DNA from: a virus
Taxonomy: Duplodnaviria > Caudoviricetes
Length of the DNA stretch: 35,118 nucleotides
Virus record (IMG/VR): IMGVR_UViG_3300046786_000093
Location: 1-35,118 of that record
Strand: one strand, 5' to 3'
The position numbers were made by a program, and so were the translations under genes. How positions within the stretch are numbered: position 1 is the first letter of the stretch; every line of letters begins with the position of its first letter. The notes beneath the pieces are model-generated. The model saw nothing but the letters and a program-made list of their open reading frames with translations, ran no database searches and was not told the origin of the DNA. Below are positions 1 to 8,828 of this stretch, piece by piece.

Positions 1-131
1 TGTTAATTCCTTGAGGCAAGCACTCCTGCTTCAAGGATTGCCTGTAGGCGTGCTTTCAAACGCTCTAGTCCTTTAAGCGTGTGAAACAGGTCCGAGCGGT
101 GCTGGTCGTCACCAATAGCGGTGGTGCGCCA
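1..131. repeat. Terminal direct repeat / circular overlap, copy 1
   Basis: Matches 34988-35118 except at positions 114, 116 and 117. Confidence 0.95.
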
Positions 132-239
132 CTCGTTATAAATGTCAGCCTCTACTTGTGCAAAAGCCTCCAGAAGAATGTGGTCTTCTAAGAGGCGCTT
201 TGCGTGGGCCGCGTCATCAATGATTTGTTGTTTATCCAT
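3..239 (-). CDS. Small hypothetical head-module protein, upstream of the scaffold gene on the circle
   Basis: 78-aa ORF coupled by a TAATG overlap to the upstream gene; followed across the junction by the scaffold gene. Confidence 0.75.
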   Translation of the reverse strand: MDKQQIIDDAAHAKRLLEDHILLEAFAQVEADIYNEWRTTAIGDDQHRSDLFHTLKGLERLKARLQAILEAGVLASRN

Positions 240-2386
240 TAGATGAGTGGCCGATATTGCTGGATTGCCGTGTTGTAAACGTTCTGAAGTTGCTCAGTTG
301 TCGACTGTGGGTTTAGATATGTCTGCCGCAGTTGACTTTGTATGTTTTGCGCCTGTGGAGCGGCAAGAAGGCCCTGCGAAACTTGAGAGCCAAGCTGTTT
401 GTAGAGGTCATTAATATACGCACTGCGGTCTACAATAGGCTGAGATGGGGCGGTATATGTATATACTGGCCGCGTCCCCGTTGGTTTCAGGAAGTCAGAC
501 ATCTGCGGCATTGGAACTGCTGATTGCAGTGATGCGAGTGTAGCACCAGGCGTAGATGCTGCGGCTTCTAAGCGAGACTGATACTGCTGCGCTACGTCAG
601 GCGTAATGATGCCCTTTGCAGCGTAGTTGCCAAGAACGTCATTGACCGATTTAAAGTAATCGAAAAACTCGCCAGAGCGCATATTCTCAAAGCGGTCCTG
701 TAGCTGGCCAAGGCGCTCCTGCGTCATTCCTGTGTTCTCAGGAGTTGCTGGGCCAAGATTTCCGCCAATCTGCGGGCCAGTTCCAGCAGTCCCAGCACCT
801 TCATTCAATGTAAGGTTTACTCCGCCAGCAGCACTATCAATCAGATTTGTCGGCGTGGCAGCAGGAGTTGTTGCCGCTGGAGTTGCAGCCGGAGATGTTG
901 TTTGCGCGGCAGTAGTCGCTGCAGGAGGCGTATATGTATCTAAACGCTGCCCACCAGAGAAGAACAAAGCCTCTGGTCCATAGCCATAACGCTCGTAGTC
1001 CGTGATGTTAGGATTGATCTGAGTGCGCGGTGTAAAGCTGGGCATAGCACCTAGAGCGGAGACGTAAGGCGTTCCAGTGCCAGTTCCACCACCAGAACCA
1101 CCACCAAACAGGCTATTAAGACCAGATACGCCAAGACTTGCAAGTGTAGCAAGCTGTGTTGCGCTCAATCCAGTGCCAAGAATGCCGCCAGCCCCAGCGC
1201 CTGCGTTTAAGGCGGCAGTTTCCGCAGCGGTAGGAGTTGTGCGGGTTGATGCAGTCTCTGCGGCTGTAGTCGTTGCACCAGCGGCATTTGCAGCGGCAGC
1301 GGCAGCAACAGCGGCAGGAGTAAGAAATTCTGCAGGCAGAAGATTTGTCGGCTGCGTTTGAGCCGTTAAGGTTAAATCCTCTGCAGGATTTGGTGCAGGA
1401 GTATTTGATGTGGCTGCAGGCGTGGTTGTAGTCGCCGCTGCAGTAGTAGCTGCGGCAGCAGCGGGAACAACAGCAGGAATAGTAGAACCCGTTTGCTGCG
1501 CCGTTAGAAGCAAATCAGGGCCAGTTGTGGTTGCCGTAGGCATCGTATTTGTAGCGTTTGATGCAGCCGTTGTTCCAGTTGTTGAGCCAGCCGCGCCTGA
1601 ACTAGACAATGCCGCAGCAGCGCCGCCAGTTGCCACTAATGCAGCAGCTTGTGCAGCGGTGAAACCTTTTGCCATCAGAGCGGTGACGACCAAATCAGTT
1701 GTAGCCGCCGCAGCGGCAGGAGCAGCGGCGGCAACTGTAGCCACAGGAGCCAATCCAGCCGCGCCAGCGGCAGTCCCCGCACCAGCAGCGCCAGCGCCAG
1801 TTGTCCCGGCAGCGCCCACGCCACCCAACCCACCAGGCTGCAACAGGCCAGCACCTGTGGCGGCAATCATACCAGCTAAAGCAATTTTCGTAATATCGTT
1901 AAACAGCGGGTTTGGCTCATCTGTGAAAACAGGCGACCAGCTACCAGTTTGGTTGCTTTCGATTGCCAGATTAGCGCCTTTTCCACCAGCAGCAGACAAT
2001 GCGTTGCTTTGTGCAATCAGGGCTTTAATTTCTTCAGGCGTGTTCGCTGTGGTAGTTTCACCAGTGGTTTTATCCACCAAACGATACGAAACACCAGGAA
2101 TGGGTGCAAACTGCATACGCTCGTTAGCAAGGTCGTTACCAACACTCGCGCTGCCGATTAGCGAGTAAACAGGCAGATATGGGTTCTCAATGCCCATATT
2201 GGACAGGATGCCCTGCGTAGTGCCTGGAATAATGTCAGCGCCGCCATAAAGCTGCGTGTAGCGGTCCGACATACCAGTAGCTTGAGCAGCGGCCAGCGCC
2301 GCAGCCTGATCTGCTTGCGCCTTTTGGTAAGATGCAATGTAAGCATCAAGGTCGGCTTGCGTTACAACTGGTGCTTGTGAAGCCAT
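239..2386 (-). CDS. Ala/Thr/Gly/Pro-rich putative virion or DNA-pilot protein
   Basis: 715-aa ORF translationally coupled to the portal gene; low-complexity linkers and hydrophobic glycine-rich segments resembling ejection proteins. Confidence 0.55.
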   Translation of the reverse strand: MASQAPVVTQADLDAYIASYQKAQADQAAALAAAQATGMSDRYTQLYGGADIIPGTTQGILSNMGIENPYLPVYSLIGSASVGNDLANERMQFAPIPGVSYRLVDKTTGETTTANTPEEIKALIAQSNALSAAGGKGANLAIESNQTGSWSPVFTDEPNPLFNDITKIALAGMIAATGAGLLQPGGLGGVGAAGTTGAGAAGAGTAAGAAGLAPVATVAAAAPAAAAATTDLVVTALMAKGFTAAQAAALVATGGAAAALSSSGAAGSTTGTTAASNATNTMPTATTTGPDLLLTAQQTGSTIPAVVPAAAAATTAAATTTTPAATSNTPAPNPAEDLTLTAQTQPTNLLPAEFLTPAAVAAAAAANAAGATTTAAETASTRTTPTAAETAALNAGAGAGGILGTGLSATQLATLASLGVSGLNSLFGGGSGGGTGTGTPYVSALGAMPSFTPRTQINPNITDYERYGYGPEALFFSGGQRLDTYTPPAATTAAQTTSPAATPAATTPAATPTNLIDSAAGGVNLTLNEGAGTAGTGPQIGGNLGPATPENTGMTQERLGQLQDRFENMRSGEFFDYFKSVNDVLGNYAAKGIITPDVAQQYQSRLEAAASTPGATLASLQSAVPMPQMSDFLKPTGTRPVYTYTAPSQPIVDRSAYINDLYKQLGSQVSQGLLAAPQAQNIQSQLRQTYLNPQSTTEQLQNVYNTAIQQYRPLI

Positions 2387-4671
2387 TACATCATCCCCTG
2401 TTCTTGGGCGGCAATCTGAGCCATCTGCTCTTCTGCTAACTGGTCTACAAACTGCTGGTCTTGTGCGGCTTGGGCCTGTTGCTGGGCGGCAACCATAGCC
2501 TTCTGGACATTGCCTTGCTGACGGAGCAGTTCGCGGTCACGCTGCATTAGGGCTTCGATGTTAGCCGTATTTACAGCCGTGCCATACTTAGCCTCAATCT
2601 CAGCAGCCTTAATCATGACTTCAGCGTCAATCTTATCGCGCTCGCGGTCATCCTTCAGCAGCATCTCTTCACGCTGCAACTCAAGCTCTGCGGCCTTCTT
2701 CTGGATGTCAGCCTGAATGCTCTGCGCCTGAACCTGTGCCAAGATTTGCTCTGGGCTGGGCGGAGGCGGTGTCGGAGCGGGTGGCTGGAAGTTCTGCGGG
2801 TTCTCAAAGAACTGCGTAACATCCTTGAACCCTGCAACAGCCAGCATCTGCTCAAGCGTGTTGTAGTAGTTGTTCATCGACACCAGCGGGTTGTTCATTG
2901 GCCCAAGTTGCTGCAACAGCATCTCTTGCTTCTGAGCGATGACGTTCAAGAAGGCCATCTTCTGCTGATCTGAGCCTGTTCCCAGCGCAACATTCACCAC
3001 AACGTCCATGTTTGCATCCCAAACACGCGGGTCGATGGGGACAAACTGGTTACGCAGACGAACGATACGCGGCTTGTCTTGGTTCTTCACCAGCAGCTTC
3101 AGAGCCTTTTGCATCAGCGACTTGAAGCCAGTCTCGGCAAAGATGCGGCAGATTAACTCAATATGCTGCTGAGAGGCTGTTACAGCGGCGTTTACAGCCG
3201 TTGCAGTGCCAGAAGCCAGTGCGGACGGGTCAAGTCCAGCAGATGCCTTCGTGATGCCTGTGCGGCTCTCCTTAACCTCATCCATGTATTGCAGCATGGG
3301 GAAGGCGGCCTGAGAGACATTCGGTGTTACGAACGGCTGCACAGCGCCTTGCTGCTTCATGCGGATGATGCCGCCAACTTCGGTGTTTAGAACGTCTTCG
3401 ATAGACGCTTGGCCTTCAACCACACCCATGCGCGGGTAGATCGACTGAGCCAAACTATCCAGCGTGTTACGCATGATCGACGACTTAATGCGCTGAATGT
3501 CCATCACAACGTCTGCAACGGACATACCGAAGAACGTGTGAGGCTCTGGATCAGGGCAGAAGTCAAAGAACGGATGGTCGTCTACAGCTTCTTGATGGAG
3601 AACCTTGTAGGCAGAACCACCAACGCAGACCTTGCGAAGCTCGGCAATCCCGTCTCCGTCCATGTCAACGTAGAGATAGCCCTCAATATAAAGAACCTTC
3701 TTGGCTGATACGTCAGTCCGGCCAGCGCCAAGGATGGTTGCCTGCGGGTTGCGGTCAAACGTCTCTTGGTTGCCCTCGAAGTCGTCCTGTGTCTCGTAGC
3801 CAAGGTTCTCAACTTCGTCCTGCTCATAGCCCATAGCCACAAGCTCAGAGACAGTCATGTAGCGACGATGGCCGATAAACTCGAAGTCATTGATAGACTT
3901 GGCGCGACGATCAATCAAAAGCTCTTCAGGAGGCAGTGCAGCTACGTTAAGGCGGCCTTCCTTCTCTTTACGGACGACTGTGGCGCTGTAGACTGGCATC
4001 TGAACGACTGTAGCGATGCCCTCAGGTGTCAGCATCTCAGTCTCAGTGTATTCTACTTCAACCTCACGAAGCTCTACTTCTGGGTCGGACATGAGAACCA
4101 TGTAAGCGTTCTCGTCGATGCCCTCAATCTCGTAGGTCTTTACTGTTTCAGTCTCATCCCACCAGATTTTGCCAAAGCCGTTCTTACGGATGAGAGCATC
4201 CTTGAACATCGCATAAGCGTGGATGAAAAGGTTGTTGTCGCGTGTCAGGCAGTAGTTGACATAATCAGTAGCTTGCTCGGCTACCTGAATGTCTTCAGCG
4301 CGGTTCGGAGCGTATTCCACCACGTTAGACGAGCCAAAGAACACCCGCATAACGCTCGGCAGGATGGCTTGCACTGTATCGCGCACATCCATCGACACGA
4401 CCTGAGAGCGACCTTCCTCTTCGTTACCGAAAGGCTCGCCCTTGTAATACTGGCCAGCTTCAGCGCGCTCAGGAGAGATAACGTCATCAATATAGGCTTG
4501 TGCGTCATCAATCTCGCCAGCGACGATATTCTGAAGCTCTTCGTCAGACATAGCCTCTTCTTCAGGCATATCGACTTCGACTTCCATGCCGTCCTCCATC
4601 TCCATAGAGACTTCGGGCATAGCGTCTTCCATTTCAGCCATCGTTGGCTTTGCGTTCTTTCGATATGCCAT
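2386..4671 (-). CDS. Portal protein (P22-like, with C-terminal helical barrel)
   Basis: 761 aa, downstream of terL; motifs YYKGEPFGNEEEGRSQVVS, FKDALIRKNG and DIQRIKSSIMRNTLD; Gln-rich coiled-coil C-terminus. Confidence 0.9.
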   Translation of the reverse strand: MAYRKNAKPTMAEMEDAMPEVSMEMEDGMEVEVDMPEEEAMSDEELQNIVAGEIDDAQAYIDDVISPERAEAGQYYKGEPFGNEEEGRSQVVSMDVRDTVQAILPSVMRVFFGSSNVVEYAPNRAEDIQVAEQATDYVNYCLTRDNNLFIHAYAMFKDALIRKNGFGKIWWDETETVKTYEIEGIDENAYMVLMSDPEVELREVEVEYTETEMLTPEGIATVVQMPVYSATVVRKEKEGRLNVAALPPEELLIDRRAKSINDFEFIGHRRYMTVSELVAMGYEQDEVENLGYETQDDFEGNQETFDRNPQATILGAGRTDVSAKKVLYIEGYLYVDMDGDGIAELRKVCVGGSAYKVLHQEAVDDHPFFDFCPDPEPHTFFGMSVADVVMDIQRIKSSIMRNTLDSLAQSIYPRMGVVEGQASIEDVLNTEVGGIIRMKQQGAVQPFVTPNVSQAAFPMLQYMDEVKESRTGITKASAGLDPSALASGTATAVNAAVTASQQHIELICRIFAETGFKSLMQKALKLLVKNQDKPRIVRLRNQFVPIDPRVWDANMDVVVNVALGTGSDQQKMAFLNVIAQKQEMLLQQLGPMNNPLVSMNNYYNTLEQMLAVAGFKDVTQFFENPQNFQPPAPTPPPPSPEQILAQVQAQSIQADIQKKAAELELQREEMLLKDDRERDKIDAEVMIKAAEIEAKYGTAVNTANIEALMQRDRELLRQQGNVQKAMVAAQQQAQAAQDQQFVDQLAEEQMAQIAAQEQGMM

Positions 4672-4680
4672 AGTTTCGCC

Positions 4681-4857
4681 TTACTTCTTTTTCGACTTGC
4701 CTGCTTCAGACAGGGCAATCGCAATGGCTTGCTTGCGTGACTTAGCCATAGGGGCCTTTGCGGGGCCTTTGGGGTTCACACCAGCGTGCAATGTCCCACG
4801 CTTGTATTCGCCCATTACCTTGGCAATCTTCTTTGCAGCAGCGTCGAGCTTCTTCAT
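4681..4857 (-). CDS. Small basic protein (DUF6496-like)
   Basis: Translated by hand (58 aa): MKKLDAAAKKIAKVMGEYKRGTLHAG...SRKQAIAIALSEAGKSKKK; ATGA overlap with the upstream gene. Confidence 0.75.
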   Translation of the reverse strand: MKKLDAAAKKIAKVMGEYKRGTLHAGVNPKGPAKAPMAKSRKQAIAIALSEAGKSKKK

Positions 4858-5159
4858 TTGGATTTTCCTTTGTTCCGAGCGGAGATGGCTTTGGATTTGG
4901 CTTTCGCGTCTGCTTTAGATGACGCACCCCACGCTTGCAGCGATAAGAGGAGGCGGGTTGGTTTTCCCTTCTCATCGCGCTCCGGTCCAGGCATATTGCC
5001 CATGCGTGCTAAGAATGATGCCCTCCGAGGATTATCACCAGATTTAACAGGCGCTTTCAGGTTCATCCCCTGCGATTTTGCGGACGCACGACCTTTGGCG
5101 TTCAAGCCACCAGACTTGTTCTGGCCTTCCTTTCGGGTCCATGCAGGAGACTTCATCAA
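4854..5159 (-). CDS. Small basic protein (DUF6321-like)
   Basis: AWTRKEGQNKSGGLNAKGRAS...RRASFLARM resembles a widespread phage family found next to terL and portal. Confidence 0.7.
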   Translation of the reverse strand: MMKSPAWTRKEGQNKSGGLNAKGRASAKSQGMNLKAPVKSGDNPRRASFLARMGNMPGPERDEKGKPTRLLLSLQAWGASSKADAKAKSKAISARNKGKSK

Positions 5160-7258
5160 ACAATTCCACGGATATTGCGCTTTATAGGCGTATAACCCAT
5201 TTGTTCGCGATGCGCTATGGCAAAGTATCTTGCAGCGTCTGCGTAGTGTGAGCAGTTATGGACAACAGCCCCATTGCTGAGAGAAAACTCCTCCACTCCC
5301 GGAACAGTCATACACCAAACGTCTTCAGTAGCCTCCAAGTGCCTTACGCTGGCGATAGTGAGAGGCTTTGCAGTTCGCATGGCAGAATTTCTGCTGCTGC
5401 TTGCCATTTTCTCGAATAAGCGCCTGAAACTCTTGGCCGCAATGCTGACAATTCCTTGGCTCGCGCTTCCACTTTTTCCAGCCCTGACTGCGTTCGGCGT
5501 GGCGCTTGTGCCACAACCTGCCCTCTTCTGAGCGATGCCAGTTCGCAGCGGCCTGCCTTGCGCTATCGGAGAAGTGCTTTCCTCCGCGTTTTTCCAGCCC
5601 ATCTGAACGTGGGATTTTAAGGTGCTCGTCTGCGTCAATGCACTCAAGGTTCTCAAGTGCGTTGTTTGCAGTATTTGCGTCCTTGTGGTGGATATGGCAG
5701 CCATGCGGGATTGGCCCAAAGGCATCTTGCCAAACAGCCCTGTGAAGGCGCTTGCCGCCTTTAGCAAAATACCTGTCGCTTGGGTATAGGCGGTAGAGAC
5801 TGCCATCGAAATACTGCGTGAGAGCGTCAAGGACGACTGGATTTTGGAACCCATCTCTAGGTGTTCTGCGTATTTCCACCCGCTGTCCGTCATGAACATA
5901 TGATCCGGCGTGCATCTCACCGAAAGGCCGTCTGTGAACAGCACCTCCACAAGATTTGCATTGCGCCTCGTCACCCTCGGGTTTTCGTATTGCTTCCAAC
6001 CGCATCGCGTAAGAACCTCACCTGTTTCTGGCAGGTTGTTTATCTGATACATTCCGTTACGCGTCAAGACTTGAGTGTCACCAGTAAAGCACCAGTCATG
6101 ATACGGGTGTGACTGAAACTCTTGGCGCTTGTCGTCGTAGATGCGGCGATACATCCTCAGCGCCTCAATACCTGTCTTGCAGTTGTCCTTGTCGAACCAA
6201 GAGCGCGGCAAAAGCATCCTGAGGGCCTGAATGCCGTCGATAACATCCATGCGTGGCGCAATCTCGATGTTACGCAGCCCAAGCTCTTGTAGAACCTCTA
6301 AGCGGCTCTTGCCTGTGCCAAGCTCACGGACGCGAACGTCATGCGGGAGATAGTGGTTCCCCCAGACGTAAGGCTTGTCCTGTAGCTGCTTTACATACCA
6401 GTCGAGACCAACCCCTTCGCCTTTGAGGCAGTCAATCCATCGTGTCTCCCCGCCGTGAGCCTGTATAAACCAGACAACTGTGCTATCGGACATACCAAGG
6501 TCCCATGCGGTATGGACTGGGAGAGCTGGGTCATAAGGAACGTTTGTAATTCGTCCTGCGTCATCTGCTTCGCTGAGTTCTCGTCCATAATAAGCCCCTC
6601 TAATGGCTGCTTCAAAGCTACACTCGTATTCCTGCGCAAACTCTTCCTCGCTCATCATGCGGCGAGCGTCGTTAAGTTCTTTGTCGTCTAACAGCTTCGT
6701 CTCTGTCGCCTTAAGCATGAGACGCGACCAATCTTCATCAGTCTCAGCGTTCTGCCATAGGTCATAGAATACGTTCTTACCCTTTGGCGTGCCAATGAAG
6801 ATGGCCCAGCCTTTGCGGTCTGAGAGAGCTGGTCGTATAACCTGTGTCCAGACAGTCGGGTTCATGTCGCCAAACTCGTCAAGCACGCAGCCGTCGAGAT
6901 AGATACCACGCAGGCGGTCTGGATTGTCAGCGCCGTAAATGCGGATGCGAGCGCCATTGGGCAATTCTACCCACAATTCGCTTTCATTAGCCTTTACGTT
7001 TGGCAGAAATGAGCAAGCGTCCTTGATATAGCCCCAAGCAATATCCTTGGCCTGATTAAGCTGCGGAGCAATATAAGCAAAACGCGGGTTGGGCCTTTTG
7101 CAAGCCAATGCCCTGCGGACAATCTCATTAACACAAGCAACAGTTTTACCAGCACGCCGATGGGCAACAGTTATCATCCATCGCGTCTTGCGCTTGTGAA
7201 GCGGCAGGAACTGTGCGCGAGGCTCGTAATTGCTGACTAATTCAATCTGCTTCATCAT
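5156..7258 (-). CDS. terL: Terminase large subunit precursor containing an intein
   Basis: Walker A HRRAGKT, Walker B CVLDE, coupling motif GTPKGKN, nuclease AWDLG; the C-terminal HDW/CSHYADAARY motif is split by an intein. Likely start is ATG 7258 or 7255. Confidence 0.95.
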   Translation of the reverse strand: MMKQIELVSNYEPRAQFLPLHKRKTRWMITVAHRRAGKTVACVNEIVRRALACKRPNPRFAYIAPQLNQAKDIAWGYIKDACSFLPNVKANESELWVELPNGARIRIYGADNPDRLRGIYLDGCVLDEFGDMNPTVWTQVIRPALSDRKGWAIFIGTPKGKNVFYDLWQNAETDEDWSRLMLKATETKLLDDKELNDARRMMSEEEFAQEYECSFEAAIRGAYYGRELSEADDAGRITNVPYDPALPVHTAWDLGMSDSTVVWFIQAHGGETRWIDCLKGEGVGLDWYVKQLQDKPYVWGNHYLPHDVRVRELGTGKSRLEVLQELGLRNIEIAPRMDVIDGIQALRMLLPRSWFDKDNCKTGIEALRMYRRIYDDKRQEFQSHPYHDWCFTGDTQVLTRNGMYQINNLPETGEVLTRCGWKQYENPRVTRRNANLVEVLFTDGLSVRCTPDHMFMTDSGWKYAEHLEMGSKIQSSLTLSRSISMAVSTAYTQATGILLKAASAFTGLFGKMPLGQSRMAAISTTRTQILQTTHLRTLSALTQTSTLKSHVQMGWKNAEESTSPIAQGRPLRTGIAQKRAGCGTSATPNAVRAGKSGSASQGIVSIAAKSFRRLFEKMASSSRNSAMRTAKPLTIASVRHLEATEDVWCMTVPGVEEFSLSNGAVVHNCSHYADAARYFAIAHREQMGYTPIKRNIRGIV
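5255..6091 (-). mobile_element. Intein (279 aa) in the TerL nuclease domain
   Basis: Block A CFTGDTQV (Cys1 codon at 6091), block B CTPDH, block F DVWCMTVP, block G NGAVVHN followed by Cys+1. Confidence 0.95.
5325..6005 (-). CDS. HNH homing endonuclease with C-terminal Cys-rich zinc finger, nested out of frame inside the intein
   Basis: RLHRAVWQDAFGPIPHGCHIHHKDANTANNALENLE (HNH_3-like) and CQHC...FCHANC. It lies in the -1 frame relative to terL. GAGGT lies 9 nt upstream of ATG 6005; alternative starts are ATG 5915 and GTG 5879. Confidence 0.88.
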   Translation of the reverse strand: MRLEAIRKPEGDEAQCKSCGGAVHRRPFGEMHAGSYVHDGQRVEIRRTPRDGFQNPVVLDALTQYFDGSLYRLYPSDRYFAKGGKRLHRAVWQDAFGPIPHGCHIHHKDANTANNALENLECIDADEHLKIPRSDGLEKRGGKHFSDSARQAAANWHRSEEGRLWHKRHAERSQGWKKWKREPRNCQHCGQEFQALIRENGKQQQKFCHANCKASHYRQRKALGGY

Positions 7259-7625
7259 CAAGTCCGGGGTAACGGACAATCCCTATGTTCGCGTCAATCT
7301 GTAGCTTTGAAGGCTCGTTGTAGCCGTGCATTGCATTAAGCTCTTTAACAGCGGCAACCTTTACCGAGCCTGAGCTTTCCTTAAACGTCTGAACAAGCGC
7401 CTTAACGCTCATTTCACGCGTCCATAATACCCTATTAGCCAGAGTATCTTTAAGCTCTTTCACCCTTTGGGCTACGTTAGGGTTGTCGATTAGCTTAGAA
7501 GCCTCGACGTAAACGGATGTATCCGCCATGTTTTCGGCATCATACGCAGTTCGATAAGCATCGGCTTGGTTCATGCCGTCTGCAATCGCTTGTGCAAATG
7601 CTTCTTGTTTAGCTGTTAGCGTCAT
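7242..7625 (-). CDS. terS: Terminase small subunit
   Basis: LTAKQEAFAQAIADGMNQADAYRTAY...EASKLIDNPNVAQRVKEL N-terminus typical of TerS; overlaps the terL start. Confidence 0.88.
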   Translation of the reverse strand: MTLTAKQEAFAQAIADGMNQADAYRTAYDAENMADTSVYVEASKLIDNPNVAQRVKELKDTLANRVLWTREMSVKALVQTFKESSGSVKVAAVKELNAMHGYNEPSKLQIDANIGIVRYPGLDDEAD

Positions 7626-8820
7626 CGCTCATTTCCTTAAACGTCTTTCCGCTCTCAGCGTGGACAGCCTGTTGCCCTGTGAAGTCCTGCCAACGCTTGA
7701 TGATTACATCGCAGTATTTGGGATCGAGTTCCATGAGGCGTGCGTGGCGATTGGTCTTTTCGCAAGCCACTAGCGTTGATCCAGATCCACCAAAAAGATC
7801 CAAGATAGACGATCCAGATTTGGTCGTTTTGTCCAACGCCTCAACTGCAAGTGCAACAGGCTTTTGAGTTGGATGAACGTATGTTGATGCGCCATCCTTG
7901 TTGACTGTCCAAACGCTTCCAATGCGCTTTCCAGCAAGTTCAGCGCCACGATGCCAAACCAATGCAACCTCATAGTCGCTTGAGAATGTGCGCTTCAAAT
8001 CGCCAATTCCGCCACCCGGTTTATGCCAGATGACAATGTTTGTTGGATAGCCAAAAGCGGAGAATTGGTCGATCCACTGCGTTTGCACTTTCCAACTTGT
8101 CCATACAAATACCCAACCAGTTGAACACGCTTCGATGATGGGGGCAATGTCTAGGAATTGATCGTCGTTTTTCAGCACATCAAACTTTGCAGATTTTGTC
8201 CGCATATTGGATTGGTATTCAACACCATATGGCGGATCGGTGAACACCATATCAGCCTTTTCGCCATCCATCAGCTTCTCAAGAGCATCTATGCTCGTGC
8301 TATCACCGCACATCAGCCTGTGATTGCCAAGCACCCAAACATCACCTTGCACTGTGATCGGCGTCTCTGGAGCTTCTGGAACAGCATCTTCGTCCGTTAA
8401 ACCATCAGTCGGTTCAGGCTCCAGCAGTCCGTCTAGGAACTTATCATCAAATCCAAGCAGCGAAAGGTCGAAGTCCTCTAAGTTTAAGTCTTCGATCTCT
8501 GCCTTCAGCATATCAACGTCCCACCCTGCGTTTAGGGCGAGTTGGTTGTCTGCAATCACAAGCGCCTTCTGCTGGGCTTTGCTCAAGTGATCGAGTGTAA
8601 TCGCAGGAACTTCTTCTAAGCCAAGTTTCCGTGCAGCCATTAAGCGTCCGTGGCCTGCGATAATTGTTTTCTCTGAGTTAATCAGGATGGGATTAGTAAA
8701 CCCAAACTCCCTGATGCTGGCCGCAATCTGCGCAACCTGAGCGTCGCTATGTGTTCTGCTGTTGGCAGCATACGGGATAAGGTCGGAAACCTTAACGTAA
8801 TCAATCCTGATCTCAGACAT
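7609..8820 (-). CDS. ParB N-terminal domain fused to an N6A/N4C DNA methyltransferase
   Basis: ParB motifs FGFTNPIL and IIAGHGRL; MTase motifs FTDPPY, HPTQKP and LDLFGGSGST. Confidence 0.92.
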   Translation of the reverse strand: MSEIRIDYVKVSDLIPYAANSRTHSDAQVAQIAASIREFGFTNPILINSEKTIIAGHGRLMAARKLGLEEVPAITLDHLSKAQQKALVIADNQLALNAGWDVDMLKAEIEDLNLEDFDLSLLGFDDKFLDGLLEPEPTDGLTDEDAVPEAPETPITVQGDVWVLGNHRLMCGDSTSIDALEKLMDGEKADMVFTDPPYGVEYQSNMRTKSAKFDVLKNDDQFLDIAPIIEACSTGWVFVWTSWKVQTQWIDQFSAFGYPTNIVIWHKPGGGIGDLKRTFSSDYEVALVWHRGAELAGKRIGSVWTVNKDGASTYVHPTQKPVALAVEALDKTTKSGSSILDLFGGSGSTLVACEKTNRHARLMELDPKYCDVIIKRWQDFTGQQAVHAESGKTFKEMSDDANS

Positions 8821-8828
8821 ACGTTCCC

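Noticed and set aside
1410-2168. 252-aa Ala/Val-rich + strand ORF
   Set aside because: Mirror of the Ala/Thr-rich - strand gene.
3766-4740. 324-aa + strand ORF
   Set aside because: Antisense shadow of the codon-biased portal gene, with no recognisable motifs.
5820-5900. Programmed -1 frameshift fusing TerL/Hint to the HNH
   Set aside because: I saw no canonical X XXY YYZ slippery heptamer at the Hint-N boundary. Internal initiation is simpler, although frameshifting is not excluded.
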